DNA of 64,000 bases from Eledone cirrhosa (GCA_964016885.1 OZ024740.1:132618001-132682000), one strand, 5' to 3'; positions 25,670-43,547 are shown, numbered from the stretch's first letter. The notes: generated from the letters alone by a model not told the origin. Numbers and translations: made by a program.

Positions 25670-25810
25670 GTATAACTCATTTTAGCCAGCTGAGTGGCCT
25701 GAGGCAACGTGAAATAAAGTGTCTTGCTCAAGGACAGAACACACCACAAGAAATCGAACTGACAACCTCATGATTGTAAGATGAATACCCCAACAACAAA
25801 GCCACATACG
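25670..25810 (-). mobile_element. Second, older tRNA-SINE family fragment (related fragment at about 12570-12680)
   Basis: GTGTCTTGCTCAAGGAC core and B-box-like GTTCGATT on the minus strand. Confidence 0.55.
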
Positions 25811-26168
25811 TATATTGCTTTCGATGCAGAAGAGCACATACTGATATTGAAATTACATTTGGAAAACATATTTTAAGTTCAATACTTTTATATTCGCAAA
25901 CTATTTTAAATTTTAATGACATCATTTACTATTTCTATTTTTTTCATACTCGTACCCTTTGAACATTTTATAAATTGACTAACATTTACATGCGCCTTTC
26001 TCTTCATATTTAGCTATTAATATGAAATTTGTTGTAATGATATGAATCTCTATTATTTTATAAAAGGAAAGAAACAAAAGAATTCATTACAATAGGAATA
26101 TACTTTTATGTAATATATTCTGTATTCCGAATTGTAAAACTTCAGTGCAAAATGTTATTTAATATGAT

Positions 26169-26204
<36 letters not shown>

Positions 26205-27469
26205 ACACACACACACACACATACACACACACACACTAACATACACATACATATATATATTATTTACAATATTTTAGAACGTATTAATGTATTAGACTCT
26301 ATTTAGAATAAATAGAAATTCCAAATAAAATCAAGTATTCCGAACACGTTCTTTAAGATAATGATAACTTTCCACGTTCTCAGATATATTTTTAAATATT
26401 CAACAAGCACACGATTAAATTTTCATAATCTACTACCCGAAATCTGAAGGATTAGATTGTGTTTCTAATTGCAAAACTAAGAAAATATATCACATTTGTG
26501 TGTCGACATTGACAGATTGTTCAACAAGTAACTAACATTTTACTAACGATAACTCAATAGAGTTGAAGTGAGTGTTAACACAGCAAAAAACTGCTGATTG
26601 GAACTGAAAAGACCCGACAATGGCAGCCTGCAATGGAATGTGTCAATTTAATACCGTGAATTACGAAGTTATTCAGCGCATTTGAAGGAATAATCTGTTA
26701 CAATATCGCAACTGACAACGCATTCTAGAAATGATTTTAAACAGATGCCCACTCATTCAGGGCTTCCTTAGCGAAATATACCAGGGTATTAAAAGCCAGA
26801 GATATAAACTGTCACCTTGCCTGATCCGTAATATGATCGAAAAACCCCAGACTGATAGAACGCACAAAATGTTCATTGTTTTCTATCGAAGTGCCGGAGA
26901 TTACGACCAATATTGATTTACTTAATGCTGAACGAGACTCGGTTCTAATTGTAGAAACAGTCCACTTAGATCATATAAGCTGTTATAATATGATAAACAC
27001 TAAATACATGGATATTTCGAAGATCAAACCAATACCTATAGCCCAATTTGTGACCACATCCCGATAAAAATGTGATATGATATATGTTGAATATACCATG
27101 CTGGGAGATCAATTCCGCAGATCTATAATAATCTCGGAAAAAGGAACGCAATCTCCATTAAGTGTGAAACGATTGACAAATTCTCACATTTAAGTCATCT
27201 CTGCATATCATTGGAGGACGGAATTGTCAATCTTGGCAAATGCGAATAGTGACTCACACAAATACATATTAATATAATAACTTGGAATATACGTTGCAAT
27301 ATAAAAATTATGAGAATTGATACTTTTCACTATAATTCGATATGATTGTTATCAACCACCACTATAACTAAAATTTAAATAATGATTATTATCATCATTC
27401 AGTATGAGTAACCAAATCTTTGATGCGGACATCAGTGTACATCTATGTATATTAGGTTAAAAATAACTG

Positions 27470-27660
27470 TTTCCACTTTTGGCACTAGGCAAGTAATTAC
27501 CCCAGTGTATTACTGGTACTTTATTTTATCCACGCTGTAAGGATGAAAGGCAAAGTTAACCTCAGCGGGATTTGAGCTCAGAATGGCAAGGGCGGTAACT
27601 ATATGCATCAAAAGATGGCGTCCGATCCTCTACCGATACTGCCAACCACCGCCAATCCAC
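27470..27660 (-). mobile_element. SINE
   Basis: SINE core and tRNA-like head. Confidence 0.85.
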
Positions 27661-29774
27661 TGACAATCCACCTATTACGTTAAAGATAATACTGGAAATT
27701 ATACTATATTTAATTCAACTATTCCTTTTATCTATTATTGATATCATACCCTTCTACAGTAATATCTATAATTCATCATAATCATGATCACGATCCTCAT
27801 GATTCCTCCTTCTCCTCCTCCTCCTCCTCCCCCTCATCATCATCATCATCATCACCGTCGCAACAATCATTATTATATTACGGATAGCTTACAGACTAAT
27901 TACATTATTGAATTGACTACTGCCTGCCGAATGTCGTCAAATGCGTTAAATAGGCAATATCGTTCTGAGTATATGCGCAATGCCCAACTGAGCAGTATTG
28001 AAGGAGGTTAATGTTTGATTCAACGTCTATTTGCTTAATATTATCTCTCAATTTTAGTGGCCTCAACACCGGAGCTCTGATGAAACTGGAATTATCTGGA
28101 TGTTATTAGGTGCGATTGAGGCTATTCACACAAGTTCGATCTTCAAATCAGTATATTTTTGTTAACATCAATAATCTGATAGTCACGTCTATTTCTATGT
28201 ATATATAGAATATAAAGTCTGTTGTTTAATACTATGCTGTGTTTCTCTCTCTCATCAAATTCAATTTCTGAAACATACTGATACTATTATGAGACATTTG
28301 ATAGGGCTATGCCTTGCGCTGTGACCGCTGAATGTACATAGAGACTTGGTCCCTTCTTCATTTAAAAGCTTTTTTACAGCTAGCGTTGTGCATGTGCTCA
28401 CAATATGGCTGACAATATCTGTATAAATTCCACATAGAGGGCACTTTAAACTTTAACTAAAATTACTATATCACTTTGGGCACTGACGTAGTACACAAGG
28501 TTTGGTCTTAAACAGAGAAAAGCAGTGCTTCAAGCTTATTTTATAGATTATTGCAGTAGAGCCAATACCAAGATCTGCCAATGGTTTATTGTCCAAAATG
28601 TTAATCTATTTTTTCCCATTTCACAGACGTGATTCGTCACTTAAGCTTTTATTTGCTCTCTATATGCTCCTTTGCTAGGCACATGATTGCGGAGTAAATT
28701 CTTCTGTTCTATCTTCCAAAAACGATTAACTTGCAGACCCCTGCAAGTGGATTTTGTCGATTTCGGATTTACAGAAACCTAGCGGAGATATTATGTATTA
28801 TATGTGATGTATATTATATAGTATATATTATGTGTTGTGCATGTTATCGACGCGATGGTCCGGGTTTGTCATATTTTATTCTGAGTTCAGTTTTTTTCGT
28901 CGCTTTGGTCACTGCGGCCCGTCTATCGGTCGCTGTCTTCAATTTGCAAAGCTGTCTAAACGCAATGTTATAACTCTAACGTAATATACCTTATTGAGTA
29001 CTTAGCTGCACACCCCGACTGCATTCGTTAGCTTGGCTGCAACCAGAGCTTCGATGATGCTGTACTAAATTGTGTGTATATATATATATATTGTAGAAGT
29101 ATTTAAGTGACTAATTCAGAATGTTTGGATAGCAATCAGTCTGTGGAATGGATTTGTTCCCGTTATCTGTTGACAATTCAGTGTTTCATTTTACACGGAA
29201 ATTAAGTACCGAAATGAAGTGATTGATAACAGAAAAATAGAATTACGGATTGTATGACTATTTTCCCTTATGCCATATTACTTATTGAGATATTTGTGCT
29301 GGAACATAAAACAAATACGGCCCGTCGTAATAGAAGACTGTTGTTTACATCTGTCTTTCCGTATTTTGTAACGTATTGGCGACCTAATGCTCAGATTCGC
29401 CCTTTATACAAATGAAGTTTTCTGATTGAGAGAGGTCCTTAATTCTATTGGCTATGTACAACGAAGAGTGTTAAACTGCTAATAAATTCCATAGACAAGC
29501 TGATCCCTTACACCGGTCGATAAATAAGCTTGGTGGGGTTGCCGGTTTAATCGCCGACGACTCGACCATACGCCACTATTGAAATAAAGTTTCTTTAAAA
29601 CACATCTGTTTAGAATTATATATAATTTAGTGCCAGTTTTATTGTCTGTTAGATGTATCATATAGTATTTAAGCATTCTTGCTTTCAATTTGACTGTATT
29701 TATCTATTTGTATTTCAATATTTTTTATCTCAGAGGGTTTACTAATCTTGTTTTAAAGAAACGTTATTTCAATA

Positions 29775-29970
29775 GTGACATATTCGAGACGCCGGCGACT
29801 AAACCGGCAAACCCACCAAGCTTATTTAGTGAGGAAGGAAAACTTTGGACACCCTGCGAGACGTAAACCAAAAACTGTCAAAGAACAGAGCAACTCAGGA
29901 GATTCACCGACCATACAAAAATTAGTTAAATCTTCATCTATAGAATATTGGAATGTTGACTAATGCAGGA
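29775..29970 (+). mobile_element. RTE-like LINE 5' UTR/start fragment with inverted partial copy at 29520-29600
   Basis: Homologous to about 52100-52205 (minus); ends in the APE-start-like SIEYWNV. Confidence 0.55.
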
Positions 29971-29999
29971 TAGCTCCCTTTAATTTTAAGTTTTGAGGG

Positions 30000-31830
30000 T
30001 CCATTAAAGTCGTTCCGTGACCCCCTCGAGATGGTGTCCCCAAAAACGTAAAACATCGGTCGTGGTTGAATCTTAGAACCTCAATGAGTGAAAGGAATTA
30101 AAATATGTGCTTACACAAGGATGTGAATGGTACTCGAACTTCTAGTGAAGAAGCCTTGTCTGGCAGGCGACCAGTTTTTGAGAAGTTCAGGTCCGGTCGT
30201 CATCCTGTCACTACTAGAATGAAGTGGAGTAATGAGGTAAGCAAGGCAGTTGTGGAGTGATGTTTTAGAAGTAGGCCTGTGAATGAAAATAGTGTGTCGA
30301 TTAGAAGATATAGATAAATTGTGTTAAGAGTATGGCAGAAAATAGGGCTCTTTGAGATAACTGAACAGAGGATTGGTGATCAGGCAAGGGCAATACACAA
30401 AAACGGATGGCTATATGAGATTGAGATTGAAATGATAAAGAAAAAGATAAACCATTGAGGGTATGGAAGATATAGACATTCAGGAAAATCGAGATTCAAA
30501 TAGAGATGAGAGTAAGGAAAAGGATGGAATCCAATGGGAACAGATGGAATAGAATATTCGAGATGATGCGGAAAGTAACATTAACATTAATGAACTGAAA
30601 GACATATCAGAAAAAGGCAGACAGATGATTGCTGATATATTGGAGATCTGTAAATCATGAGACAGTAATAAAAAAATAAAAATAAAACCATCTTAAGCCA
30701 AAAGAAATCACTATCAAAATATACAACATCCTTGACAAGGTGCCAGCTTGAACCACCACAGAAACAAACAATCTCGTCAGTGTTGCAAGTATTTACATTG
30801 CTAAAGAGTTACGTCTGAAGTAGACTACATATATTCACATGGTCAAGGAACCATGGTGGAAACGGAACATTGAAGGGGACATTAAAAGGCTAGAAAATAC
30901 ATTAATATTCTGGAAAGGGAAAAACGACATGAGTTACGAAAACAGGAAAATATTGAACAACGTACATGGAAGTACGATATCAGGAGATATTAGATTACTA
31001 CGGTAATAGAAGAGCTGAAGCAAATGGGACATGTTAAAGCTACACAGATTAAGAAATGTGAACAACGGATCACGCAGTTAATCAGTGGTTATGTTTCCAA
31101 CAAAATCAGAAGATATTTTATCAGGAGGTAAATGGCATGGTTAAGCGCTTGATAGAAATACCAGGCAGATGATGACACCACAAAGGGCTCAACACCCCAA
31201 AATGACATGGACAGGTTGTATCTATCATGACAGAGAGGAGGAAAAGCTCACATTATTAGTGGATGTAAGATGCTTGCTCAGAAAGTACAAGAGAAGGCAT
31301 GAATACATTACCAGACTAGTTCATTGGAAGCTATATCTTAAGTATGACATGAGCACAAATGGTATGGGCACCAATCGGAACAGGTTGCTGAAAATGAAAA
31401 ATATAATATCCTGTAGGACATAACCATCCAGTGAAACAATTTTATCGTTGCTAGAAAGGCTACCACTGTTCTCTTAGAAGAGAAAAATAAAGTGGCAAGT
31501 ATTGGAATGATTGCTTCACCGTGGAACCAAAGGATGAATGGGAAGGAAAATGAGAAATTTCAGAAATACCAGGAACTGGAGTGGGAAATCATGAAACTTT
31601 GGAAAATCAAACACGTGGAAGCGGAACTGATTGTGTTTGGCACACTGAAAGCAGTTAGTAAAAGGTTAGATGCCATGCTTCAGGTGCTAGGAATTACAAT
31701 CAGGACGGGATTGTTGCAGAAAACAGCCTTGATAGGAACAGTACGGTTTCTAAGAGTTTGCTAGAAAGTTGAAGGAGACATATGGCCATTGGGTATGGCT
31801 CGCTCTATTGGATTAGTTTTGCCAGAGCAA
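30000..31830 (+). mobile_element. Internally deleted R4/Dong-like LINE (N-terminus + RLE endonuclease)
   Basis: RMKWSNEVSKAVV.., [25 protein letters not shown], then YKRRH..ITRLVHWKL and KYQEL..EI.KLW..V...IVFGTL...LLQKTALIGT. Confidence 0.75.
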
Positions 31831-31991
31831 ACGTGTTAATAATTATAACACATTTTTGGAATATTTCAAAAGGCATACTCGCTGGGAACAGCAAAAACCT
31901 TCCGATACATCATGAATACTTGAGGCTGCCGGTAACGTATTCATATTCGTGTGAACAAGCTTTCCAGATAAATAACCTCACTGACTGAGAC

Positions 31992-32155
31992 TGGCACAAA
32001 GCCAGCAAATACCCAGTTAATTACTGGTACATTATTTTATCGACCCCGTAAGGTTGAAAAGCAAAGTTAACCTCGGCAGGCTTTGAACGTAAAGGACCAT
32101 AACTCTATGCTGCAATGCAAGGTGTCTGACGATCTACCGATACTGCCAATCCCCC
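31992..32155 (-). mobile_element. SINE
   Basis: SINE core. Confidence 0.8.
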
Positions 32156-32473
32156 CTACACCTACTACCACCATGATTGCAACTACAGTCGTATATTTGT
32201 TGTTATTGTTTCATATGTTGTTTTTCTACTGATGTCGCTTTTGCTGTTGTTTTTAATGCTGCTAATGTTGCTCTTATTGTTGTTGCTGTTGTTACTAGCT
32301 TCATTAAGTATATTGTGGTCGGAATTGTTCACTTCTAAAAAGATTTCAACGCTCGCAATTTCAAACCGCATCTTTCAAAGTCTACACTCCTGATATCTCA
32401 TCTTATGCGCTATTTTCTTTAATTTCATTTACCCTCTTTGTTATAATTATTCACTCTTCCTTTCTCTCGCTCC

Positions 32474-32559
<86 letters not shown>

Positions 32560-32891
32560 AGCCTTTCTATGCCTTATTTTCTATTTCCATTACTTTTTAT
32601 TTATGTATATATATACATTTAATTTAAATTTTAGATTCAGTTATATAGCCAGCAAAGCTACGCTCTTTACTTTTGTGTTCTCATCTCTCGAAAATCTATT
32701 GAGATTCCCATGCTATATAACATTGCGTTAGTGATGGCCGAACAAATAAATACTTTCATGTTCCTAAATCTTTATTTGAAAGAAATTCAAATTTCATATT
32801 CTGCACAAAAGAAGTATTTTTTTTTTTAAAGAACAGAAATGAAATGTAAATAAGATCAGACAATTCAATTATAGACCGCAATTGTGTGGTG

Positions 32892-32922
<31 letters not shown>

Positions 32923-32929
32923 ATATATA

Positions 32930-33097
32930 GGTAAGTTATTACGGGTTGAATCGGAGGTAACCACAGTAATTAAGGTACTCAATACATAGCAGAGTATAAA
33001 AGTTGTAATATAGATGAGATTCTAGAGGACTAAAACTGTTTCATTCTTGAAAAATCATCAGGTATTCTGATGATTTCTCAAGTCCTGTAGAATCTCA

Positions 33098-33108
<11 letters not shown>
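32930..33108. mobile_element. Fold-back pLTR-like fragment with hammerhead remnants, in (TA)n
   Basis: Inverted arms ATATAGATGAGATTCTA / TAGAATCTCATCTATAT; CTGATGA on both strands and GAAAC on minus. Confidence 0.6.
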
Positions 33109-33163
<55 letters not shown>

Positions 33164-33164
33164 G

Positions 33165-33580
33165 TTACTATCTACTCTTCCCCCTCTTTCTTCCTCTCAC
33201 TTTCACCCTCTCCTTTTCACTCAAGCCCTCACTGACTGCAACCTCATTGTTTCCCTCCCCTGACCTTCTAGCAGTCCTTTTCTCACACTCGCTTGGGTCA
33301 ATCCTATCTTTTCCTTCGATCACACGCTCTTGAACTTAAGTTCTGTTACCGCTGTGGTCTTGGATTCTATTGCCTTCAATTGCTTACATATTCTTCGGTT
33401 TGTTTTTGTTTTTCCTGTTTTCTCTTTCCTTTCCCATTTCCCTTCTATTTTCCTTCTCTCCCTCTTCCGTTTTCCTAATAACTTACCCAGTTATTAAACG
33501 CTATGGGGGTAGATATACTGTATTTAAAGCGTTGAAATATCCGAGACCCCTAGCGACAACTGATGAGGAAAATATCGCCC
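33165..33580 (+). mobile_element. Solo divergent (subfamily C) copy of the ~630-bp structured element, in (TA)n
   Basis: Shares GAACTTA.GTTC, CCTTC..TTGCTTACAT, TAAAGCG.TGAAAT and CTGATGA in the same order and spacing as the arrays. Confidence 0.7.
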
Positions 33581-33637
33581 CCCCCCCCCGTCCCGTTCTA
33601 GCTTTCTCATTCCATTTTTAAGCCTATATATATATAT

Positions 33638-33679
<42 letters not shown>

Positions 33680-34125
33680 CCTAGTTTTCAATTCAGTTTT
33701 CTGAATTTTGTAAACGTGATCTCGGGGGAAGAAGGTTTTTTCTTTCGGAAAAAAAATTTTTTTCTCTTGAAGAAATTTGATAGGAACTTTATATATTTTT
33801 TAGGGAAACTTTATATTTTTATTTTATTATTTTATTAGCCTCTTAATTTTCTTCTAGACTAATAGGTTTATCGGAGCCTGTAAGCTTTATGCACTCATTG
33901 AGGGATTTTCTGAGGTGCTTCTACGGGACCCCAAGTCTTTTGGTTTAATGTTGATGCGTAAATTATATATTTTTGTCTAATTTTTAAACTTCAATCCCTG
34001 ACCTCGACAACTAATATAAAAGAGCCCCCCTTAAAGCGGAGTTGCTGATGTATACAACAATTTCAAACTGCTAGCCTTGAGTGATACGTTGATGTAAACA
34101 ATGATCTTGCAATCACATGTTATAT

Positions 34126-34170
34126 GCCTTGATAAGTCCCACCATGGGGTCGGACGAAACGGCTGTCGGA
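34126..34170 (+). ncRNA. Type I hammerhead with mutated core
   Basis: cc-tTGATaA-GTCC..GGAC-GAAAC-ggct-GTC-gg followed by AATAAA. Confidence 0.65.
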
Positions 34171-34363
34171 AATAAACTTGTTATAATGTCATAATAGTTC
34201 CTTTGTTCTTTTTCACTAATATATAAAAATATATATATATATACACACAAATAAAATTCAAATAACATTTCATTCTGATGAACGATTTCAGACGTTTCTG
34301 TCGAGCTCATCTGTCTTCGTCAAACATTTGGTAAATAGAATAATTGTCATGTTGTTTATTACA

Positions 34364-34404
<41 letters not shown>

Positions 34405-35574
34405 GAAAGTAAGGTTTAAAATATAGGAGAAAGAAGTTTTAAGTGCTGTTGGAGTCTTTAAGAAAGTTTATTTACCATAATTTTTATCATTACTAATTAC
34501 ACATGATTTTCAAAAGTTAAAAGAAATGGAGAGATGTGTGGCTATGCTGAATTGTAAGTCGCAAGTAACTGATATGGGGAATTTCTATTAGTTTTATGCC
34601 AAAAATTTGGCACAGATTACTATATGCTTGAACTACAACTTGATAGGTTGAGGAAGATCACGTGATTTAGCATCGAAATTTACAGTTATTTCGCGCCAAA
34701 AAACAGGAGTGACATGATCTTTTCAGTTTTCTGTAGGAAAGTGGCTCAATTTTACTGTGTACTTTGATCAGATGGGGATGATCACATCATTAAGCACCGA
34801 ATTTGGTGGTTATTTCACGCAAAATAAAACGAGTGTTGTGTTTTAGTGAATATGGATATGTTTTTTGTTTGTTAAATAGTCAAGGTAATTTGACTATTGA
34901 ATGTATTGTCTTTGTGAGAATCCCCGAAATTCGAGAAGTTCTGGAATTTTGTTTTGGTGTTTGTGATTGTTTATTGCTATTTTTTAATGTTTACTGTTAT
35001 TGGTTATTGTTATTGTTATTCGAACGTAGTAGGAAACAATATACCTAGTTATACCCACATACACACATGAATAAAATGCCTTTATAAATTTATGTGATAT
35101 AATAATTTTCATATTTTTTCTTTGAATGAATTTATTTTGTCATCGATTTTGTCAGTTATACTCTTATTGTTGCTGCTGCTACTGTATTTCCTGTTGTACG
35201 TAGTGGTGGTGGTTGTGGATTCTGTATTGGTGTTGGTATAATTAATCCTTAGATCTACTCTTAAGTATTGGGAAAACGCACGCATTTCTCCAATGCAATA
35301 TTCTTGATCATGCACGTGGAAGTGGAGACGTGGGGCTTTCTCTTATTTTGGGGGAAATTTTGAAAATTATAACGCGTTGTTTCAAAAGCAATATTCACTA
35401 TTTGGGCTAAAGGCCAAAATATTATGAGGTCACCTTTTTTTAGGGTCCACTGGGAGAACTATGAAGAGTTTATAACAAAACTTTGATCATAAACGTTTTT
35501 GTATACAGATGAAAATGACAAACCTACAGGCGCCGACACGTGATGTCCAATGTAAACAACCATAGTAATAATCA

Positions 35575-36226
35575 TTTCTATTTGTTGGCAAAAGGCCAGT
35601 AATTACCACAGTGCATTACTGGTACTTTATTTTATCGACCCCGTAAGGATGAAAGGGAAAGTTAACCTCGGCGGGATTTGAACTCAGAATGACAAGGGCC
35701 GTAACTCTATGCGTCAAAGCATGGAGTCCGACCCTCTACCGATACTGCTAATTCACCACCCTAAAGAACCATAGTAATAATGGTTTCTGATTTAGGCACC
35801 AGGCCAACAATTTTGGGGGACGGAAATGTTGATTAAATGGACGTAATTGCAATACTGGAGCTTTTTTTTATCGACCCCGTAAGGATGAAAGGCAAAGCTA
35901 ACCTCGATAGAATTTGAACTCAGAACGTAAATGGGCGTAACTATATGCCACAAATCATGTTTTCCGATGCTCTAACGACTCTGCAAATCCACCACCATGA
36001 TCATAATAATACAAATTTCTGATTTAGGTCCAACGCCAACAATTTTGGGAGAGGGGGAAGTCGATTAAATCGACCCCAGTGCATTAATTGTCCTTTGTTT
36101 TATCAACTCCGTAACGACGAAAGGCAAAGCTAAAGATAATCTCGACGGGAATTGAATTCAATACGTAAAGGGTCATAAATGTATGCCGTATAATATGTTG
36201 TGTGGTTTGCTACGTACTGCCAATCC
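35575..36226 (-). mobile_element. Cluster of three tandem SINEs
   Basis: Three head/core/tail sets; AACCATAGTAATAAT TSD around the first. Confidence 0.85.
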
Positions 36227-38305
36227 AATGATAATGTGGAACCTTTCCATGCAGACACACTCCCAATATCACATTAATTATCTATAATAAAATACAAAAC
36301 TACCTTTAGTAATCTGCAGAATTGAACTGAGGATTGAAGTGTTTACTGCAGTATATACATTTTCTCAAGAATTTCTATATCAAGCAATTTGTAATTCGCA
36401 CAACTGGGGAAAGACACACTTCTTTTCTGTATGAAAATTACATAATGGATAGACATAATTTCTGGAAATCACAATGCTAAGTAATGTAAACACTTGCACA
36501 AATCTCAGTGAACGTTGAATATTATTTTTATGCTTCGTCAATTCTATGTATCTTTTACAATAGTTAATTACTTTTTGTTATGATAAATGATATAAATGAT
36601 ATATTTCACAAAACATGAATGTAATTTGTAAAATAATATTTAAAATGATGATGAGGATGACAGTTGGTTCTATATTTGCAACAAAGATGAGAAATGGGAG
36701 ACATAAAAAGAGGAATTTATAACGTAGTAATAATACACAGAATATAAAATAAAATGTAAAAACATATAATCTATATATTACCTACGTCCCTGTTTTAAAA
36801 CGTATTTAACGATATGTAACATGTCGTCTGACTGCTAGTTATACAAAACTGACGCTGGAAACATTCATCACATGAACTTTGCAATTTTCACACATTCTTC
36901 AAAGATATCATGGATATAACCCGTTCCTCTCAATTCAGACCCTGCTCTCCAACTGGAAATTGAGAACTGTTCTTGCGATTGGTGTAATATATTATTTTCT
37001 CTATTCTTTTCTTTTGGTTATATGGATTGTTTTTTGCCCCATACCCCCAGTATTCCTGAATTTCCTTTAGTGTTTGTGCATCTCAATGTTCTTGAAGTGG
37101 TTTAAATGTGTTGTTTTTAATGTGCTATAGAATATCTTGATGTTTAATTAATATACAATATTGTCTTCGAAAATGCATTGGCGTTTTCAAGGTTTTTTCC
37201 ATTCTTTTTTCTTCCTCCTTTATCTTCATTTGTATTGAAATGGTTCATTGGATCATTTTTGCATTTGCTTGATTTGGGATCGTTTCCTCAAAATGTGTTT
37301 CTCCATTTCAATGGGTGGGATTTTGCGGAGTGTTTAACTGCCGTGAACTAGCAAAATTTACGCTAGACACAACTGCAGCTACATAAAAGATCGAATGATT
37401 CAATCTACAGATATTCGGACAATTTGATTCCCGAAACACGACGTACGTTGTGTGTGTTTATTATGTTTATTTCGGTGTTTTCATTCTGCATATGGTAAGT
37501 TGTGGTCTCGCTGGTATATGTAATTATTTTGGTGGTTGTGTATTTTATTATGAGTTTCAATGGGACTTCCATGATTTCATGATATTGTCAGTGCTTCTGT
37601 TTATCTGTGCGCTTTTCATTTCCAGAACAGCGTTTTTGGTTTCTTGTTGTATTCTCATTTGGATTGATGTCTACGTCATAGTATGCATTGCTTTCTTACG
37701 TGTGGGGCTTTATATGTATTGTAATGATTTCATTTATGTGTTGCATGTCTTTATTATGTAGCCAGATATTATCTTTTTTTTTAAATGTCTGTACGCTTTT
37801 CTATTAAACTTTTGAGGAATATTTAATTATTTATTACACATCTCTTTCGATCGCTGTTAGCATAATATTTTCTCATTTTTTTTTATTTAGCGTGTGTGTT
37901 TGGAGTATATTAGAGAGTATTTAAAGTTCATGTGTGACTCAGCAAGGAGTAAAGCATTCACACCAGGAGTGATGCTGTTATTGTTTACATTGGCGTCATC
38001 GACGGCATTCCTAAAAAAAAATTCCAGTCGAGTATTGCGGCGATATAACCAGATATACCCTCTCCCAATTTGGTAGCATGTTGTGTAAACTATCATTATT
38101 TATCCTTATACAGTTTATGAATACGTTGATGCACATGAATCAGACCATGCATACTTATTAAGAAAAAGAGAGACAACATTCAAGACTAGTCGACAGAATT
38201 AATATAATTCGTGTCTTCCCTCTTGTTCTTCTAGCATTCGTTCATTTATTTTCATCCATCCGCCGTTATACGGCAGTTAATCCAGGGTTGTCATGTATCC
38301 CCCCC

Positions 38306-38367
<62 letters not shown>

Positions 38368-38541
38368 TCATTCTCCCTCTCTTGCTCCCTCTCTCTCTCG
38401 CTCTCTCTCTCTCTCTGTATATATATATATATATATATATATGTGTATATATATATACATATATATATGTGTGTGTTAGGTAATTTCGAAGGAAAAGCAA
38501 AGGAAAAAATATATATATATATATGTGCATATATATATATA

Positions 38542-38640
<99 letters not shown>

Positions 38641-38890
38641 ATGTGTGCGAATAAATATATGTATATGTATGTACATATACCCAGTGTATCTCGGTCATTA
38701 ATCTTATGTCCAGCTGATGCCAATTCATCACCATATATGTTGTGATAATAAGAACATCAATCATCTGGCAGGAATTCATATCTGTCAACAGACACAGAAT
38801 GATATATCGCTTTCAAATATAAAAGCTTAATATTAAATAACAGATGTTGGCGAAGCAGTTACACGCGCCTCTGTGTGCACACACACACAC

Positions 38891-40870
<1,980 letters not shown>

Positions 40871-41000
40871 TCACGGCTCTGTTTTCCTTTTAATGTTTTA
40901 GTGTTTTCCTAGATTTATCTTAACCTACAACATTTTCAACATATGGATTACATCGAGTTCTTCATGCAGAATAGATCCCACAACTTACTGTGGATACCTC

Positions 41001-41043
<43 letters not shown>

Positions 41044-41543
41044 GGGGTAACAGTTTATTGTTATAGGTAGTCCACTTAGGTGTAGTCCAGTTAGGGTACT
41101 CCGAGTAGTGGGTGATAGTGGATGATTGCTGACAATAGCTAATAAGCTTGAAACTAGTACAGCGTTCCTTTGTCAGTGTTGAACAAATGAACAACGATGG
41201 TTGCTAGACACTGTACGGATAATTCGGGATGTTTGTTTACAAACACACCGAGCATTATAATAAATCTTCGGTGAATCCATACGTACATCTATATATGCGT
41301 GCATGTATGTATATATATATACATGCTACTGTACGTCTATGTACATATATGTATGTACATACATATATGTATACAGACGTACAGTAGTATGTATATATAT
41401 ATATATACATACATGCACACATATATATTTATGTACGTATGGATTCACCGAACATTTATTATAATGCTCGGTGTGTATACATACTTATATTTAAGTAACA
41501 GCCGTACTAAGAGTGAGAAATGAAATTTCGTTTCATTTTTTCC

Positions 41544-41606
<63 letters not shown>

Positions 41607-41640
41607 AAAAAAATAGAGGTGTAACACACGAGTTGTGATA

Positions 41641-41820
41641 TATTAGTAAAAGGAAAAGAAAATGCTGACAAATTTTTCCCAGTGAATAATAGTTTAATTA
41701 GGAATAAGTATAAATTAGTAATAAGTACTAACCAATACTTATTACTAATTTATACTTATTCCTAATTAAACTATTTTTCACTGGGAAAAATTCGTCAGCA
41801 TTTTCTTTTATTTTAATAAT
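41641..41820. repeat. Near-perfect hairpin with ~85-bp arms
   Basis: ...GGAATAAGTATAAATTAGTAATAAGTA ctaaccaa TACTTATTACTAATTTATACTTATTCC... Confidence 0.9.
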
Positions 41821-41861
41821 ATATATATATTTATATATACATATATATATATATATGTACA

Positions 41862-41943
<82 letters not shown>

Positions 41944-42006
41944 CATATATATATATATATATATATGTACATATATATATATACATATACATATATATAC
42001 ATATAC

Positions 42007-42037
<31 letters not shown>

Positions 42038-42045
42038 CATGAAAC

Positions 42046-42132
<87 letters not shown>

Positions 42133-42221
42133 CATATACATATATATACATATACATATATATACATATACATATATATACTTATACATATACATATACA
42201 TATATATACATATACATATAC

Positions 42222-42266
<45 letters not shown>

Positions 42267-42357
42267 TATATATATATACATATATATACATATATGTACA
42301 TATATATATATACATATACATATACATATATATACATATACATATATATACATATAC

Positions 42358-42413
<56 letters not shown>

Positions 42414-42421
42414 ATATATAC

Positions 42422-42470
<49 letters not shown>

Positions 42471-42493
42471 CATATATATATATATACATATAC

Positions 42494-42564
<71 letters not shown>

Positions 42565-42743
42565 TATACATATGCATATATATATATACATATATATACA
42601 TATACATATGCATATATATATATACATATATATACATATACATATGCATATATATATACATATATATATACATATACATATATATATATACATATATATA
42701 TACATATACATATATATATACATATATATATATATACATATAC

Positions 42744-42774
<31 letters not shown>

Positions 42775-42817
42775 CATATACATATATATATATATACATA
42801 TATATATTTTTATATAC

Positions 42818-42898
<81 letters not shown>

Positions 42899-42945
42899 CA
42901 TATATATACATATATATACATATATATATATACATATATATATAG

Positions 42946-42976
<31 letters not shown>

Positions 42977-43047
42977 CATATATATACATATATATACATA
43001 TATATATATACATATATATATAGATATATATACATATATATATATAC

Positions 43048-43082
<35 letters not shown>

Positions 43083-43163
43083 CATATATATACATATATA
43101 TATATATACATATAAATACATATATATACATATATATATATACATATATATATATATGTATAC

Positions 43164-43208
<45 letters not shown>

Positions 43209-43253
43209 CGTATACATATATATATATATATATATAAATATATATACATATAC

Positions 43254-43299
<46 letters not shown>

Positions 43300-43451
43300 A
43301 TATATATACATATATATACATATATATATGTATATACATATATATATACATATATATATATACATATTTATATATAAATATATATATATAAATATATATA
43401 TACATATATATACATATATATATACATATATATATATACATATACATATAC

Positions 43452-43547
<96 letters not shown>

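Noticed and set aside
26520-27260. Complex unique sequence with short ORFs
   Set aside because: No recognisable motif in the frames I read; cannot be supported as coding.
27784-28011. Poly-Pro/poly-His ORF resembling a transcription factor
   Set aside because: Derived from (CCT)n/(CAT)n microsatellites; no domain or splice support.
37887-38096. Possible small exon
   Set aside because: Only a weak acceptor-like T-run+AG and no recognisable peptide.
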